This document shows, in pieces, positions 19,306 to 31,528 of a stretch of DNA of 64,000 nt (position 1 is its first letter; every line of letters starts with the position of its first letter). Both the position numbers and the translations under genes were made by a program. The notes below the pieces were generated by a model, which searched no databases, was not told where the DNA came from, and saw only the letters and a program-made list of their open reading frames with translations. Source of the stretch: Thermoproteota archaeon (GTDB taxonomy: Archaea > Thermoproteota > Thermoprotei > Gearchaeales > Gearchaeaceae); assembly GCA_032249235.1 (NCBI GenBank), contig JAVVGF010000001.1:288001-352000 (forward strand), in the 5' to 3' direction.

Positions 19306-20796
19306 ATGGAAGAAATTCCTTCCGTTATAAAAAAGGGAGGTTTATCTTTAATATACTATGGTTTAACAGCTTTCATTTCTATGCTAGTATCATTAATTGC
19401 TACGAGAAAGTTGGAACCTACAGAATTCGGTACTTATCAATTTTTAGTAATCTATGCTTCATTTTTTAATTTAGGAGTTAATTCACTTGGATGGTTTTTG
19501 ACACGCTTTATTGCTCGTGGATATGATGTTAGAAAAGAGGCAATTAAAATTGGTTTGCCATTAATTCTTGTTTCTGACTTATTACTTTTCATTTCATTGG
19601 TTTTTGTTTCAAAAGCCTCAATTGCTTTAAATTTTAATCTAGTTCTCTTAACATTTTCGTTGTTTCTTACCCAATCCCTTTTTTTATTAATTATAGGCGC
19701 TATTCAAGGAATAGATGTATCAATTGTATATATGGGTAATTTAATTCAAGCAATATCAAGACTTTTCCTGTTATTTGTAGGAATATACATTCTATTTGAA
19801 AAATTATCTGTTGAATTTTTCATATTAGTGATTTTAATTGCAAACTTGATCGCTACGATTTTCTTACTCACTAAATTTTTGAAATTCAAAGGAATAGAGC
19901 AAAGGGGTTCCCTTATAAACACTTTTAAAAGATTTTGGTACGTACCTTTTTTGAATTCATTGTTTGTTTCAATGATAATCTATGATTCTGTTTTGATGAC
20001 GATTTTGCTTTCTTCAACCATAACTTTGGCTTTTTTTAGAAGCGCATATATTATTGCAAGCGTTGTAGGTTACATTCAAGTTTTTGTTCAAGCATATTAT
20101 AGAGAATTTCTAGAAAAAGATTCAATCAAAGGCTTGACACAAGCAATAAAAGTCCTTGTTCTTTTAAGCGCCATGATTACTTTTTTGATAATGAGTATTG
20201 GCGATTTATTACTTGCTATATTGAGACCTTTATATGTTTCTTCTTATCTTCCTTTAATATTGTTATCCATAAGTTTCTTCATGGGAAATATGGCATCGTT
20301 ATTTGGCTCTTCTATATTAAGTTTAGAAAAGACAGACTTGTATACTAGCGAAAGGAGCTTTAAAAATACTCAATTTTATACCGTTACAAAGATTTTGTTA
20401 TATCAGACCGTTTTTCAATACACGGGCATCATATTTCTCGCTTATCTTTCAAAAATTTTTGCCTTGGAACCAGTAGTTATAGCAGTTTATTGGTCTTTAG
20501 TATGGTTGATGGCGAACATTTTAACGTTTTCTCTTTATTATAAGAAACTAAGAGATTTGCACTTAATTACTTTCCCAAGTGTTAGTGTTGGAAAATATGT
20601 TGTTATTTCAATGATTTCTTCAATAATAACATATATTATGAAACCTCGAGGCATTTCATCTAATTTATTTTCACAATTTTTTATTTCTTCTTTATATGCT
20701 TTAATATATTTGGCAATTTTCTTTTCGTTATTATTACTACTTGATGAGAACATTCGAAAAAGAGTAATTCGTATATCCCTTAGTCTTTTAAAATAA
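19306..20796 (+). CDS. Oligosaccharide flippase (Wzx/MOP superfamily)
   Basis: About 12-14 TM helices; N-terminal IATRKLEPTEFGTY pattern typical of Wzx/RfbX. Confidence 0.75.
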   Translation: MEEIPSVIKKGGLSLIYYGLTAFISMLVSLIATRKLEPTEFGTYQFLVIYASFFNLGVNSLGWFLTRFIARGYDVRKEAIKIGLPLILVSDLLLFISLVFVSKASIALNFNLVLLTFSLFLTQSLFLLIIGAIQGIDVSIVYMGNLIQAISRLFLLFVGIYILFEKLSVEFFILVILIANLIATIFLLTKFLKFKGIEQRGSLINTFKRFWYVPFLNSLFVSMIIYDSVLMTILLSSTITLAFFRSAYIIASVVGYIQVFVQAYYREFLEKDSIKGLTQAIKVLVLLSAMITFLIMSIGDLLLAILRPLYVSSYLPLILLSISFFMGNMASLFGSSILSLEKTDLYTSERSFKNTQFYTVTKILLYQTVFQYTGIIFLAYLSKIFALEPVVIAVYWSLVWLMANILTFSLYYKKLRDLHLITFPSVSVGKYVVISMISSIITYIMKPRGISSNLFSQFFISSLYALIYLAIFFSLLLLLDENIRKRVIRISLSLLK

Positions 20797-20817
20797 AAAT
20801 TTTTGATTGAAGAAAAT

Positions 20818-21855
20818 ATGACAATGATTGAAGAACTAAAAGAGTTGACAAATTTAGATGGGCCTTCAGGATTTGAAAACGAGGTAAGAGATTATATCAA
20901 GAAAAAATTAGAGAAACAGCTGGAAATTAAAGTAGATAAGATAGGAAACGTGATCGCTAAAAACGAATCGAATAAAAAACCTAACGTTTTAATTTGTGCA
21001 CATATGGATGAGGTAGGTTTTATAATTCAAGATATAACAGAAGATGGCTTCATAAAAGTAGCTCCCATTGGAGGATGGGATGAAAGAATCTTATTAGGCA
21101 TGCCTGTTAGGATTTTATCAAGAAGAAAAATAATTGGTGTATTTTCTACATTGCCTCCTCATATATTGAAAGCTGAGGAAGCCACGAAAGTACAGCGGAT
21201 AGAAGATTGCTTTATTGATACAGGATTGAATAAAAAAGAATTATTAGAAGAAGGTATTGATATAGGCACTTTCGTTACACCTCATTCGGATTTCATAATT
21301 AATAAAGACGTAATTATTACAAAGGCGTTAGATGATAGAGTAGGCTGTGCTTTGCTCATCGAAATAGCTGAGAAAATTAAATCCTTTGATTATTCCATCA
21401 CGTTAGGAGCAACTGTTCAAGAAGAAGTAGGATCTAGGGGAGCAAAAGTCCTTATTAATCAAGTTGATCCAGATATTGCGATAATATTAGAATGCACAGT
21501 AGCTGCAGATATACCTGGTGTTGAATTTCATAGACAACCAACAGCTCTTAAAAAAGGTCCTGCATTGACATTGGTCGATAAAACTATGATAGCAGATAAG
21601 AGACTTTTTGATATGGCTTTGAAAATTGCGAAGGAAAGAGGAATTCAATATCAAATTAAAAAACCAATATACGGCGGTACTGATGCAGGAGCTATTCATA
21701 TAGCAGGAAGAGGAATACCTTCACTAGTTATATCATGTCCTGCAAGATATATTCACTCAGCAAGTTCCTTAACAACGATTGAGAATTTAGAAGAAACTAA
21801 AAGATTAGTTATAGCAATTTTAGAAGAAATAAATAAAGATTTTAAAATAATCTAA
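20818..21855 (+). CDS. M42 family aminopeptidase (TET-like)
   Basis: GPSGFE, AHMDEVG, KALDDRVG, VQEEVG, GGTDAG, RYIHS. ATG 20818 preferred over TTG 20803. Confidence 0.93.
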   Translation: MTMIEELKELTNLDGPSGFENEVRDYIKKKLEKQLEIKVDKIGNVIAKNESNKKPNVLICAHMDEVGFIIQDITEDGFIKVAPIGGWDERILLGMPVRILSRRKIIGVFSTLPPHILKAEEATKVQRIEDCFIDTGLNKKELLEEGIDIGTFVTPHSDFIINKDVIITKALDDRVGCALLIEIAEKIKSFDYSITLGATVQEEVGSRGAKVLINQVDPDIAIILECTVAADIPGVEFHRQPTALKKGPALTLVDKTMIADKRLFDMALKIAKERGIQYQIKKPIYGGTDAGAIHIAGRGIPSLVISCPARYIHSASSLTTIENLEETKRLVIAILEEINKDFKII

Positions 21856-23029
21856 CTTTTTTATCTAAAATATCTTTCCAAATATAAGGAAGTTTGTTAA
21901 GTTCTTCTTTTACAATTGAACTCAATGTTGCTTCATCAGGACCGCTTTTTTCTGGAATTACTTTTAAGTTTATGGTTTTAGGTTCATTTATAGGATGTCC
22001 AATGCTACTAACCATATAGCAATAAACTTCTTTGATATCTTCACATTCAGACACTATCCTATCACAAATTCTTTGAGCCGTTATTGAATATAATTTACCA
22101 GTATGTGAAACTGGATTCTTTCCTGCAGTAGCTTCAAGAGTCATAGTCCTGAAAGGTGTTATCAATCCGCTTGCTCTGTTTCCTCTTCCTACTTGTCCAT
22201 CATCACCATGCTCAGCGCTTGTGCCAGTTACAGTTAAATAATAAATATTATTTTTATAATCGTCTGCGGCATTAACTACAACTTCATACTTATATTTTGT
22301 ATTTGAATCTATAATATATTCAGCTTCTTTTTTTACTATATTTTTTATCTTATCATATTCTTTTTCATTATTAATGTATTTTGATATAAAAGCACATGCG
22401 ATTATAACTTTTAATTTATCTTCTATTCTTATGCTCATAACTTTAATATCTTCACCTACTGCAGGATATTCGTCTTTTAATTTTTTACTGTTGAGATGTC
22501 TTTCTATATTTAAAGTTATATTCTCAACAGCAGAGAAAGGAGCAAAGCCTACACCGAAGCTTGTATCATTGGCTAAAGGAATTTCCTTACCTTTTTCAAA
22601 ATTCTTGACCAAATCAACGCTTCCTCCTCTAATTTTTGTATCTATGATCATATGCATATCAGGATCGAGAAATCTCATTTCTCTTTTAATTAAATTCTTT
22701 ATTGCTTCCTTAGCTATTTGATCAACAGGTATAGTCTCATTATTTATGATCCTTGTAGCTCTACCAACTAATAATAGGTATATCGGTTCAGTAATGATGC
22801 CTCCTCCAAATTCGACTTTTGCTTGGCCACCAGCTAAAACTGCTTTGTCTACATTATGGTGGAATATTCTACCATATTTACTCAAGAAATATTTAGAAAG
22901 TTCAATGCTTACTTCTTCTGCAGCCATATCGCAAATAGAGTCAGGATGACCTTTTCCTTTTCTCTCAACCATTTCAACAGGTAATTCTGGTACAGCTCTC
23001 TGGTTTGAAAAGGATATTATTAAATCCAT
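21842..23029 (-). CDS. mat: Archaeal S-adenosylmethionine synthetase
   Basis: [65 protein letters not shown]. Confidence 0.95.
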   Translation of the reverse strand: MDLIISFSNQRAVPELPVEMVERKGKGHPDSICDMAAEEVSIELSKYFLSKYGRIFHHNVDKAVLAGGQAKVEFGGGIITEPIYLLLVGRATRIINNETIPVDQIAKEAIKNLIKREMRFLDPDMHMIIDTKIRGGSVDLVKNFEKGKEIPLANDTSFGVGFAPFSAVENITLNIERHLNSKKLKDEYPAVGEDIKVMSIRIEDKLKVIIACAFISKYINNEKEYDKIKNIVKKEAEYIIDSNTKYKYEVVVNAADDYKNNIYYLTVTGTSAEHGDDGQVGRGNRASGLITPFRTMTLEATAGKNPVSHTGKLYSITAQRICDRIVSECEDIKEVYCYMVSSIGHPINEPKTINLKVIPEKSGPDEATLSSIVKEELNKLPYIWKDILDKKVRLF

Positions 23030-23091
23030 TCTCTTATTTCATCTTCATGCCTTTATAAAAATCTTAGGAATTTTTTTGCAGTATATGAATA

Positions 23092-23658
23092 TTATAAACG
23101 AGTGAGAAGATCTGCTTTTGTAACAATTCCTTCAATTTTTCCATTTGTCATAACTAAGACAGCCTGATAATATGATAAGATGTAAAAAAGCAAGCTTATA
23201 GGTGCATTATTAGGAACAATCGGAAATGGTGGGCCTATATAATTTTCAACTTTATCATTCATTACTTTCCTTTCATCAGCACCCTTGGCAATCCTTTCAA
23301 TAATATTCTGTTCAGTAATGCTTCCTATTACTTTCCCTTCTTCAATTACAGGTAATTGGGATATCCCATAATCTGCCATCTTCTTAACTACATCTTTAAC
23401 TCTTTCATCTCTCCTTGCAAAGATTACGTTTCTAGTCATGATTTCGCTAACTTTTCTTGACTTATCTAGTATTCTAGATAATAGTATTTCTGAAAGGGTC
23501 TTCATTTTACTATAAGTAGGATCCACTTCTCCTCTTTCAAGTTTTGCTATGAAAGATTGACTAACTTTACATAATCTTGCTAATTCCTTTTGCGTTAAAT
23601 TTGCTTCTTTTCTAAATTTCTCAACTTCATTTGGCTCTATTATTATTTGCATATTCAT
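23092..23658 (-). CDS. XRE-HTH + CBS-domain transcriptional regulator
   Basis: LTQKELARLCKVSQSFIAKLERGEVDP HTH; ISQLPVI and GIVTKADLL CBS motifs. Confidence 0.9.
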   Translation of the reverse strand: MNMQIIIEPNEVEKFRKEANLTQKELARLCKVSQSFIAKLERGEVDPTYSKMKTLSEILLSRILDKSRKVSEIMTRNVIFARRDERVKDVVKKMADYGISQLPVIEEGKVIGSITEQNIIERIAKGADERKVMNDKVENYIGPPFPIVPNNAPISLLFYILSYYQAVLVMTNGKIEGIVTKADLLTRL

Positions 23659-23714
23659 TTATTCAAAATCAATTGCTTAAAAGTTTGATATTATCAACTA
23701 TAACTTTTATATAA

Positions 23715-25954
<2,240 letters not shown>

Positions 25955-25955
<1 letters not shown>

Positions 25956-27277
25956 TGTCAAAGAGGATATTAATATTAGGTGCTGGAGGTAGAGATTTTC
26001 ATATATTCAATGTTTTATTCAGAGATAATATTGAATACGAAGTTGTAGCATTCACAGCTTCTCAAATTCCTGGTATAGCTAATAGAATTTATCCTCCTTC
26101 ACTTGCTGGTAAACTTTATCCAAAAGGCATACCGATTTACGATGAGCAAAGATTGGGTGAAATAATAAAAGAACACAAGATAGATGAAGTGATCTTGGCA
26201 TATAGTGATTTGTTGTATGAAGATGTAATGAAGAAGGCAAGTATAGTTTTAGCAAACGGTGCTGATTTTAGATTGATTTCTCCCTTTTCTACTATGCTCA
26301 AAATAGATAGACCGGTCATAGCTGTTACTGCATCGAGAACTGGAGCTGGGAAAAGTACAATAACTAGAGCTTTAATAAAGATACTTAAGAAATTCAAAGT
26401 TCGTTTTGTTGTAATAAGACATCCGATGGCTTATGGGGATCTTGAGAAAAATGTCGTCGTAAGATTGGGCGATATTAATGATCTTGAAGAGTATGGTCTA
26501 ACTATTGAAGAAAAAGAAGAATTCGAACCTCTATTAAGAGAAGGTGTGATTTGTTATGAAGGAGTAGACTATGCTAAAGTATTCGAAATGGCTTCTAGAG
26601 AAGCAGATGTTATTATTTGGGATGGAGGTAATAATGATTTACCTTTCGTAAAACCTAACTTAATGATAACAGCAGTTGATCCATTGAGATTGGGTCATGA
26701 AAATTCTTATCCAGGAGAAATAAATGTAAGGCTTGCTGATGTGATTGTTATAACTAAGGCGAACACAGCACCAAAAGATAACGTTGAGAAAACGAAGCTA
26801 AATGTAAGAAATCTTAATTCGAAAGCTTTAATCTTAGAAGCAGATTTTGATATAGAAGTTGATAATCCTTCTTTAATAAAAGATAGAGAAGTCTTGGTTG
26901 TTGAAGATGGGCCTACCGTTACTCATGGTCATATGCCTTATGGTGCAGGATACGTTGCAGCAATAAAATATGGTGCAAAGAAAATTATAGATCCAAGACC
27001 ATATGCTAAAGGTGTCTATAAGGAGATCTATGAGAAATATTCACATATGGAGAAAGTTATTCCTACAATTGGTTATAATGAAGAACAACTTAGGGCTTTA
27101 GAAGATATGATTAATTCAATAAAGGCTGATTCTATCGTTCTAGGAACCATGTCAGATATCTCACGTTATCTAAAATTAAACAAGCCGGTTGCTAGAGTTA
27201 GCTACCATTTGAAGGAGAAAGAACATAAGCTTGAATCTATCATAGAAAACTTTTTGAATAACATTCTGAAGAAATAA
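25955..27277 (+). CDS. COG2403 P-loop protein (cyclic 2,3-diphosphoglycerate synthase-like; candidate arginine synthetase ArcE)
   Basis: ILGAGGRDFH...VVAFTASQIP, RTGAGKS P-loop, RHPMAYGDL, WDGGNNDLPF, EDGPTVTHG. TAATG overlap with cdc48. Confidence 0.8.
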
Positions 27278-27279
27278 CT

Positions 27280-28200
27280 CTATCTTTTTTTGAAAGTTAT
27301 AGATATCGCATCAGTATGGCATGCTGCTACACATTCAAAGCACATTATGCATTCTTTGCTATCAATCCTTCCAATTTTTGCATTGATGACATCGATTTGA
27401 ACGGGACAAATTTTATTACATAATCCACATTCGTCGCATTTGCCTACGCTTCTGTATATTCCTAGAATACTTTTAGAGGAAAATATTGCATTTAGACTTC
27501 CCATTGGGCATACATATCTACACCAGAATCTAGAAATCCTCGCAGCTAAAACTAATACAATTACTAAAATGAAATATCTAATAAACAAAGCAGTATTCAG
27601 CGAAGAAAGTAGCTTATCAGCATTAGGCAAAATACCTAAGCTAAATAAAAGAGGAATTGTTCCGAATAAAGTAGCATCTGGAGCAATTGCAGTGAAAGGC
27701 ATTATAGCTATTCCTCTACCATAGTTTTGTGCAAACAAGTCGAGTGTATTTGTTATTGTTAAGTTTGCGAAAGCTAAGCATGTCAAAAGGACTATTATAA
27801 GCACTATATATTTGAAAAATTTAAGGTTATGATCAATTCTTGAAGATATGAATCTTTTAGCATTGAATAAATAAGCTGCTAAATCTTGTACAAAACCAAA
27901 TGGACATAGCCAACCACAAAATATTCTTCCTAAAATTACGTTGAAGAATACTATACTTGCCAAAGGTAAAAGAGGTGGTACTAATAAGATGATCATTATT
28001 TGAAGCATATCTAGAGCACTTGGGAATGAAGTCCAAGGATATGATAAACCTATTATCGGTAGAGGAAATGCAATGCTTAGAGCTAAATTAGCAACAACTA
28101 AGAATGAAATTTGAACAATTAATCTAATTGCTCTGAGTACATTTAATCTTACAATTGATCTCCTATGAAAATCTTCAAGCTTCGCTTTCTTTTTACTCAT
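27280..28200 (-). CDS. NapH/MauN-type membrane 4Fe-4S protein
   Basis: GRIFCGWLCPFG, RFWCRYVCPMG, CDECGLCNKICP and CIMCFECVAAC ferredoxin motifs; several TM helices. Confidence 0.88.
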   Translation of the reverse strand: MSKKKAKLEDFHRRSIVRLNVLRAIRLIVQISFLVVANLALSIAFPLPIIGLSYPWTSFPSALDMLQIMIILLVPPLLPLASIVFFNVILGRIFCGWLCPFGFVQDLAAYLFNAKRFISSRIDHNLKFFKYIVLIIVLLTCLAFANLTITNTLDLFAQNYGRGIAIMPFTAIAPDATLFGTIPLLFSLGILPNADKLLSSLNTALFIRYFILVIVLVLAARISRFWCRYVCPMGSLNAIFSSKSILGIYRSVGKCDECGLCNKICPVQIDVINAKIGRIDSKECIMCFECVAACHTDAISITFKKR

Positions 28201-28343
28201 GGTAATATACCTGTTGTTATAGGGCTAATTAGTCTCTTAATATATTCAGGTATTACGCTTAGCAAGTTTGTTTCGTATGACGCTGTATATGCGATAATTG
28301 ATAAGAAAAGAAAAAGCAAAACGATTAACCAGTCTCTATGCAT
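28197..28343 (-). CDS. Unannotated 48-aa single-TM protein (MHRDWLIVLLFLFLSIIAYTASYETNLLSVIPEYIKRLISPITTGILP)
   Basis: Own translation. ATGA overlap with the start of the NapH-like gene; TTAAATA TATA-like box about 25 nt upstream on the minus strand. Confidence 0.6.
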   Translation of the reverse strand: MHRDWLIVLLFLFLSIIAYTASYETNLLSVIPEYIKRLISPITTGILP

Positions 28344-28403
28344 AGAATAATGGATGTAATGAAGTATTTAAGCCTTAAATTCCATCTATACTTTAATATA
28401 ATA

Positions 28404-28470
28404 GGGCAATGATAGAGCTCGAAAGGTCTTATTTAAAAGATGATGAACCCACGCAGCTTTGAGCCTCTGA
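28404..28470 (+). ncRNA. Box C/D guide sRNA (degenerate boxes)
   Basis: GGC-A-ATGATAG(C)-GAGCTCGAAAGGT-CTTA(D')-TTTAAAAG-ATGATGA(C')-ACCCACGCAGCT-TTGA(D)-GCC. Terminal GGC/GCC stem; both guides are complementary to tRNA-like sequences; TATA-like CTTAAAT at 28374. Confidence 0.75.
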
Positions 28471-28473
28471 AAC

Positions 28474-30357
28474 ATGACGTTCTCAATGTTTCGTGAAGAA
28501 GTTGAAAGAGCTTTGAAAGAAGTTTTTCAAGAAGTTCAAGATTTTGATTTAGAAATACCTCCTCTTGAAGAGTTTGGCGATTTATCTTCTACAATCTGCT
28601 TTAAGTTGGCATACAAATATAATAAGACTCCGCAAGATTTAGCTAATGATATTAAAGAAAAAATAAATAAAAATATTGAAAATTTCAAATTAATAAAAGA
28701 AGTAAAAGCAATAAATGGTTATCTTAACTTTTATATGAACATTGATAGAATTGCACATATTGTTCTAAACGAGATATTAAGTAGGAAAAATGATTATGGC
28801 AAAAGGGATATAGGACATGGAAAGAAGGTTTTGATTGAACATACAAATGCTAACCCAAATAAAGCTCTTCATATTGGGCATGCAAGGAATACTTGCCTTG
28901 GTGATTCTTTGGCTAGGATTTTGAAGTTTACAAACCATAACGTAATAGTTCTTGATTATGCAGACGATACAGGTTCTCAAATGGCTGATTTAGTTTTAGG
29001 CTTTAAAAAATTGGGTTTTCCATTAGAGAGCGATATTCGTTTTGATAAATATTGTGGCGATCAAATATATGTCAAAGTAAATGCTCTCTATGAAAGCAAC
29101 CCTTCCCTTCTTGAAGAGAAACAAGGAATAATCAAGGAAATCGATTCACAAGCAGGCGAGATTGCGAAATTTAGCAAAATGATCGCAGATCGCGTACTAA
29201 AAGAACAACTTAAAACATGTGCAAGGATAGGAGCAAGGTTTGATATAGTGAATTGGGAAAGCGATATCATAAAGTTTCAACTTTTAAAAGAAGCTTTATC
29301 TACATTAGAAGAAAGAAAAATAATTCACAAAGAAACTGAGGGTCCTTTAAAAGGTTGTATTGTGATCAAGAGCGAGTTGATTAAAGGAAGAGAAAAAGAA
29401 ACAGATAAAGTTTTGATTAGATCAGATGGAACCACTACTTATTTAGCAAAAGATATAGGGTATGCTTTTTGGAAGTTAGGAATTTCAAAAGCTCGTTTCA
29501 AGTATAGATATAGGAATGATATCGCTGAAGGTCTTCTTGAAACAAGCTTAGAAGGGGATATTGATGATTTCGCATATGGGGCTGATTTGGCTATAAATGT
29601 AATAGATGTAAGGCAAAGTAGATTGCAAGACATAATTAAATCTATCATTGAATTGACTGCAGGGAAAGAAGTAGCAGATAGGTATATTCATTATAAATAT
29701 GAAGTTGTAGCTTTATCTCAAAAAGCTGCGAAAGAACTAGGTTACGAATCTGATTCAAAGATAGTGCATATGTCTAGCAGAAAAGGTGTTTATTTCAATG
29801 TTGATGATGTACTTGACAAACTTAAAGAAATATTGAAGAAAAGAATAACTGAAAATAACTCGAATTTAGATAGTAAAGTTGTTGATGAGTTAAGTGAAAA
29901 AATTGCAGTCTCTGCTTTGAGATATTCTCTACTCAGAATAGATAGAAATAAGCTTCTTATTTTTGATTTCGATGAGACCTTAAAGATTGAAGGAGACAGC
30001 GGTGTTTATGTATTGTATACATACGTTAGAACTAAAGGTATATTGAAAAAAGCTGCATTTAAACCTAAAACGGATACTTCAGGTTATGAAATGAACGACT
30101 TAGAAAGAAAACTAGTGAAGCAATTGGCTTTATTTGAAGAAATAGTATCGAAAGCTGCAATTACTCTTGAACCCCAAACTTTACTCTTGTATATCAGAGA
30201 TCTTTGCGATCTTTTCAATACGTACTATGAGAAATATCCTGTTCTCAATGCAGATGAACCTGCAAGATCTTTTAGATTTAAATTAGTTCAATGTATTTCT
30301 CAAGTATTAGAAAACGGAATGAATTTATTAGGTCTTGTACCAGTTGAACAAATGTAG
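28474..30357 (+). CDS. argS: Arginine--tRNA ligase
   Basis: FGDLSS, EHTNANPNKALHIGHARN (HIGH), RSDGTTTYLAKDIGY, MSSRKG, C-terminal DALR domain. Confidence 0.96.
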   Translation: MTFSMFREEVERALKEVFQEVQDFDLEIPPLEEFGDLSSTICFKLAYKYNKTPQDLANDIKEKINKNIENFKLIKEVKAINGYLNFYMNIDRIAHIVLNEILSRKNDYGKRDIGHGKKVLIEHTNANPNKALHIGHARNTCLGDSLARILKFTNHNVIVLDYADDTGSQMADLVLGFKKLGFPLESDIRFDKYCGDQIYVKVNALYESNPSLLEEKQGIIKEIDSQAGEIAKFSKMIADRVLKEQLKTCARIGARFDIVNWESDIIKFQLLKEALSTLEERKIIHKETEGPLKGCIVIKSELIKGREKETDKVLIRSDGTTTYLAKDIGYAFWKLGISKARFKYRYRNDIAEGLLETSLEGDIDDFAYGADLAINVIDVRQSRLQDIIKSIIELTAGKEVADRYIHYKYEVVALSQKAAKELGYESDSKIVHMSSRKGVYFNVDDVLDKLKEILKKRITENNSNLDSKVVDELSEKIAVSALRYSLLRIDRNKLLIFDFDETLKIEGDSGVYVLYTYVRTKGILKKAAFKPKTDTSGYEMNDLERKLVKQLALFEEIVSKAAITLEPQTLLLYIRDLCDLFNTYYEKYPVLNADEPARSFRFKLVQCISQVLENGMNLLGLVPVEQM

Positions 30358-30393
30358 AAAAGCTTAAATCGTCGTATATTATAAAAGCATTAA

Positions 30394-31203
30394 TTGGACA
30401 GCCCAATCGTCATTATATCATTATTAGTCATAGTTGCTATTCTTAGCTGGTTTTCTGTAAAGAAAAAGTATCTAACATTAGATGGGGCTATTATAGCTTA
30501 TATATTTGGGTTAATCATAATATTCACCGGAGGTGTTATTTTATTCGTTCTTTTATTACTTGCCTTTTTAATTACAAATCTAGCTACTTCATATAACATT
30601 GAAGAAAAAATACGCCTAAAACTAATAGTAGCTAAGAAGCCTATAAGAGATTGGAAAAATGTTTTAGCTAACGGTTTACCGATGGTTTTATTTTCTATTC
30701 AAGAATATCTCTTCTCATTAGATTTACTTAAACTAGCTTTTATTGCTTCGACTGCAAGTTTTCTTTCAGATACTGTTAGTACAGAAATCGGCGTTTTATC
30801 TAAGAGTAAACCTATTCTGATTACTAACTTAAAAGAATCTCATGCAGGAAGATCTGGAGCTATTTCAAAGCTAGGTCTTCTAGCAGGTTTTCTTAGTTCT
30901 TTGGTATTTTCTATGATTGCATACTTTTTAATTCAATGGAATGAAAGCTTGCTGAATTTCGTTGCATTGATCGTTCTTTGTTCTATGCTTGCTAATTTAA
31001 TGGATAGTTTAATAGGTGCCACTTTACAAGGAAATTATTTTTGTGAAAGATGCAATATGTATTCAGAGGAGCCAAAGCATACTTGTGGAAGTCAATGCAA
31101 ATATGTATCTGGATTGAAGTTTTTTAACAATCATGTTGTGAACTTCATATGTGTCTTAATAGGTGGTCTGCTCGCAATATTATTTTCTAGAGTAATACTT
31201 TAG
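30394..31203 (+). CDS. DUF92/TMEM19 family membrane protein with C-terminal Zn-ribbon insert
   Basis: RDWKNVLANG, DTVSTEIG, GRSGAIS, DSLIGATLQ, CERC..HTCG, NHVVN. Confidence 0.85.
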   Translation: MDSPIVIISLLVIVAILSWFSVKKKYLTLDGAIIAYIFGLIIIFTGGVILFVLLLLAFLITNLATSYNIEEKIRLKLIVAKKPIRDWKNVLANGLPMVLFSIQEYLFSLDLLKLAFIASTASFLSDTVSTEIGVLSKSKPILITNLKESHAGRSGAISKLGLLAGFLSSLVFSMIAYFLIQWNESLLNFVALIVLCSMLANLMDSLIGATLQGNYFCERCNMYSEEPKHTCGSQCKYVSGLKFFNNHVVNFICVLIGGLLAILFSRVIL

Positions 31204-31210
31204 TATTACT
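31191..31210. promoter_or_regulatory. Palindromic putative TF site AGTAATAC-TTTA-GTATTACT upstream of the 78-aa Zn-ribbon gene
   Basis: Perfect 8-bp inverted repeat with 4-nt spacer about 20 bp upstream of the TATA-like CTTTAATT (31230). A second copy lies at 50291. Confidence 0.6.
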
Positions 31211-31258
31211 GCTTTTTCAGAAAGATGTCTTTAATTTTTATTATCAAACATTATTTTC

Positions 31259-31495
31259 ATGAGCTCATTAGTTGCTGTATGCCCATTTTGTGGTTCAAAA
31301 GCTAAGAGATTTGTACTTCCTAATGGAATTACCACAAATTACTATATTTGTTCTATATGTAATAGGAGCTTTACGTATGACCAATCTATGCTAGGAGAAA
31401 TGGCTAGGAAAATATTCAACTCAAAATCCGACATAATACCTTCGAAAAAGATATTGTTAAGTGAAAAAGAATCAAGATATTTAGAAAGACTCTAG
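31259..31495 (+). CDS. Small zinc-ribbon protein
   Basis: CPFCGS...YICSICNRSF CxxC pairs; TATA-like box upstream. Confidence 0.7.
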   Translation: MSSLVAVCPFCGSKAKRFVLPNGITTNYYICSICNRSFTYDQSMLGEMARKIFNSKSDIIPSKKILLSEKESRYLERL

Positions 31496-31528
31496 ATTTT
31501 TTAAGCTTCTATGCTATAATAACATGCA

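Noticed and set aside
28165-28350. 61-aa plus-strand ORF
   Set aside because: It is antisense to the NapH-like start and to a better-supported minus-strand 48-aa ORF with ATGA coupling and a TATA box.
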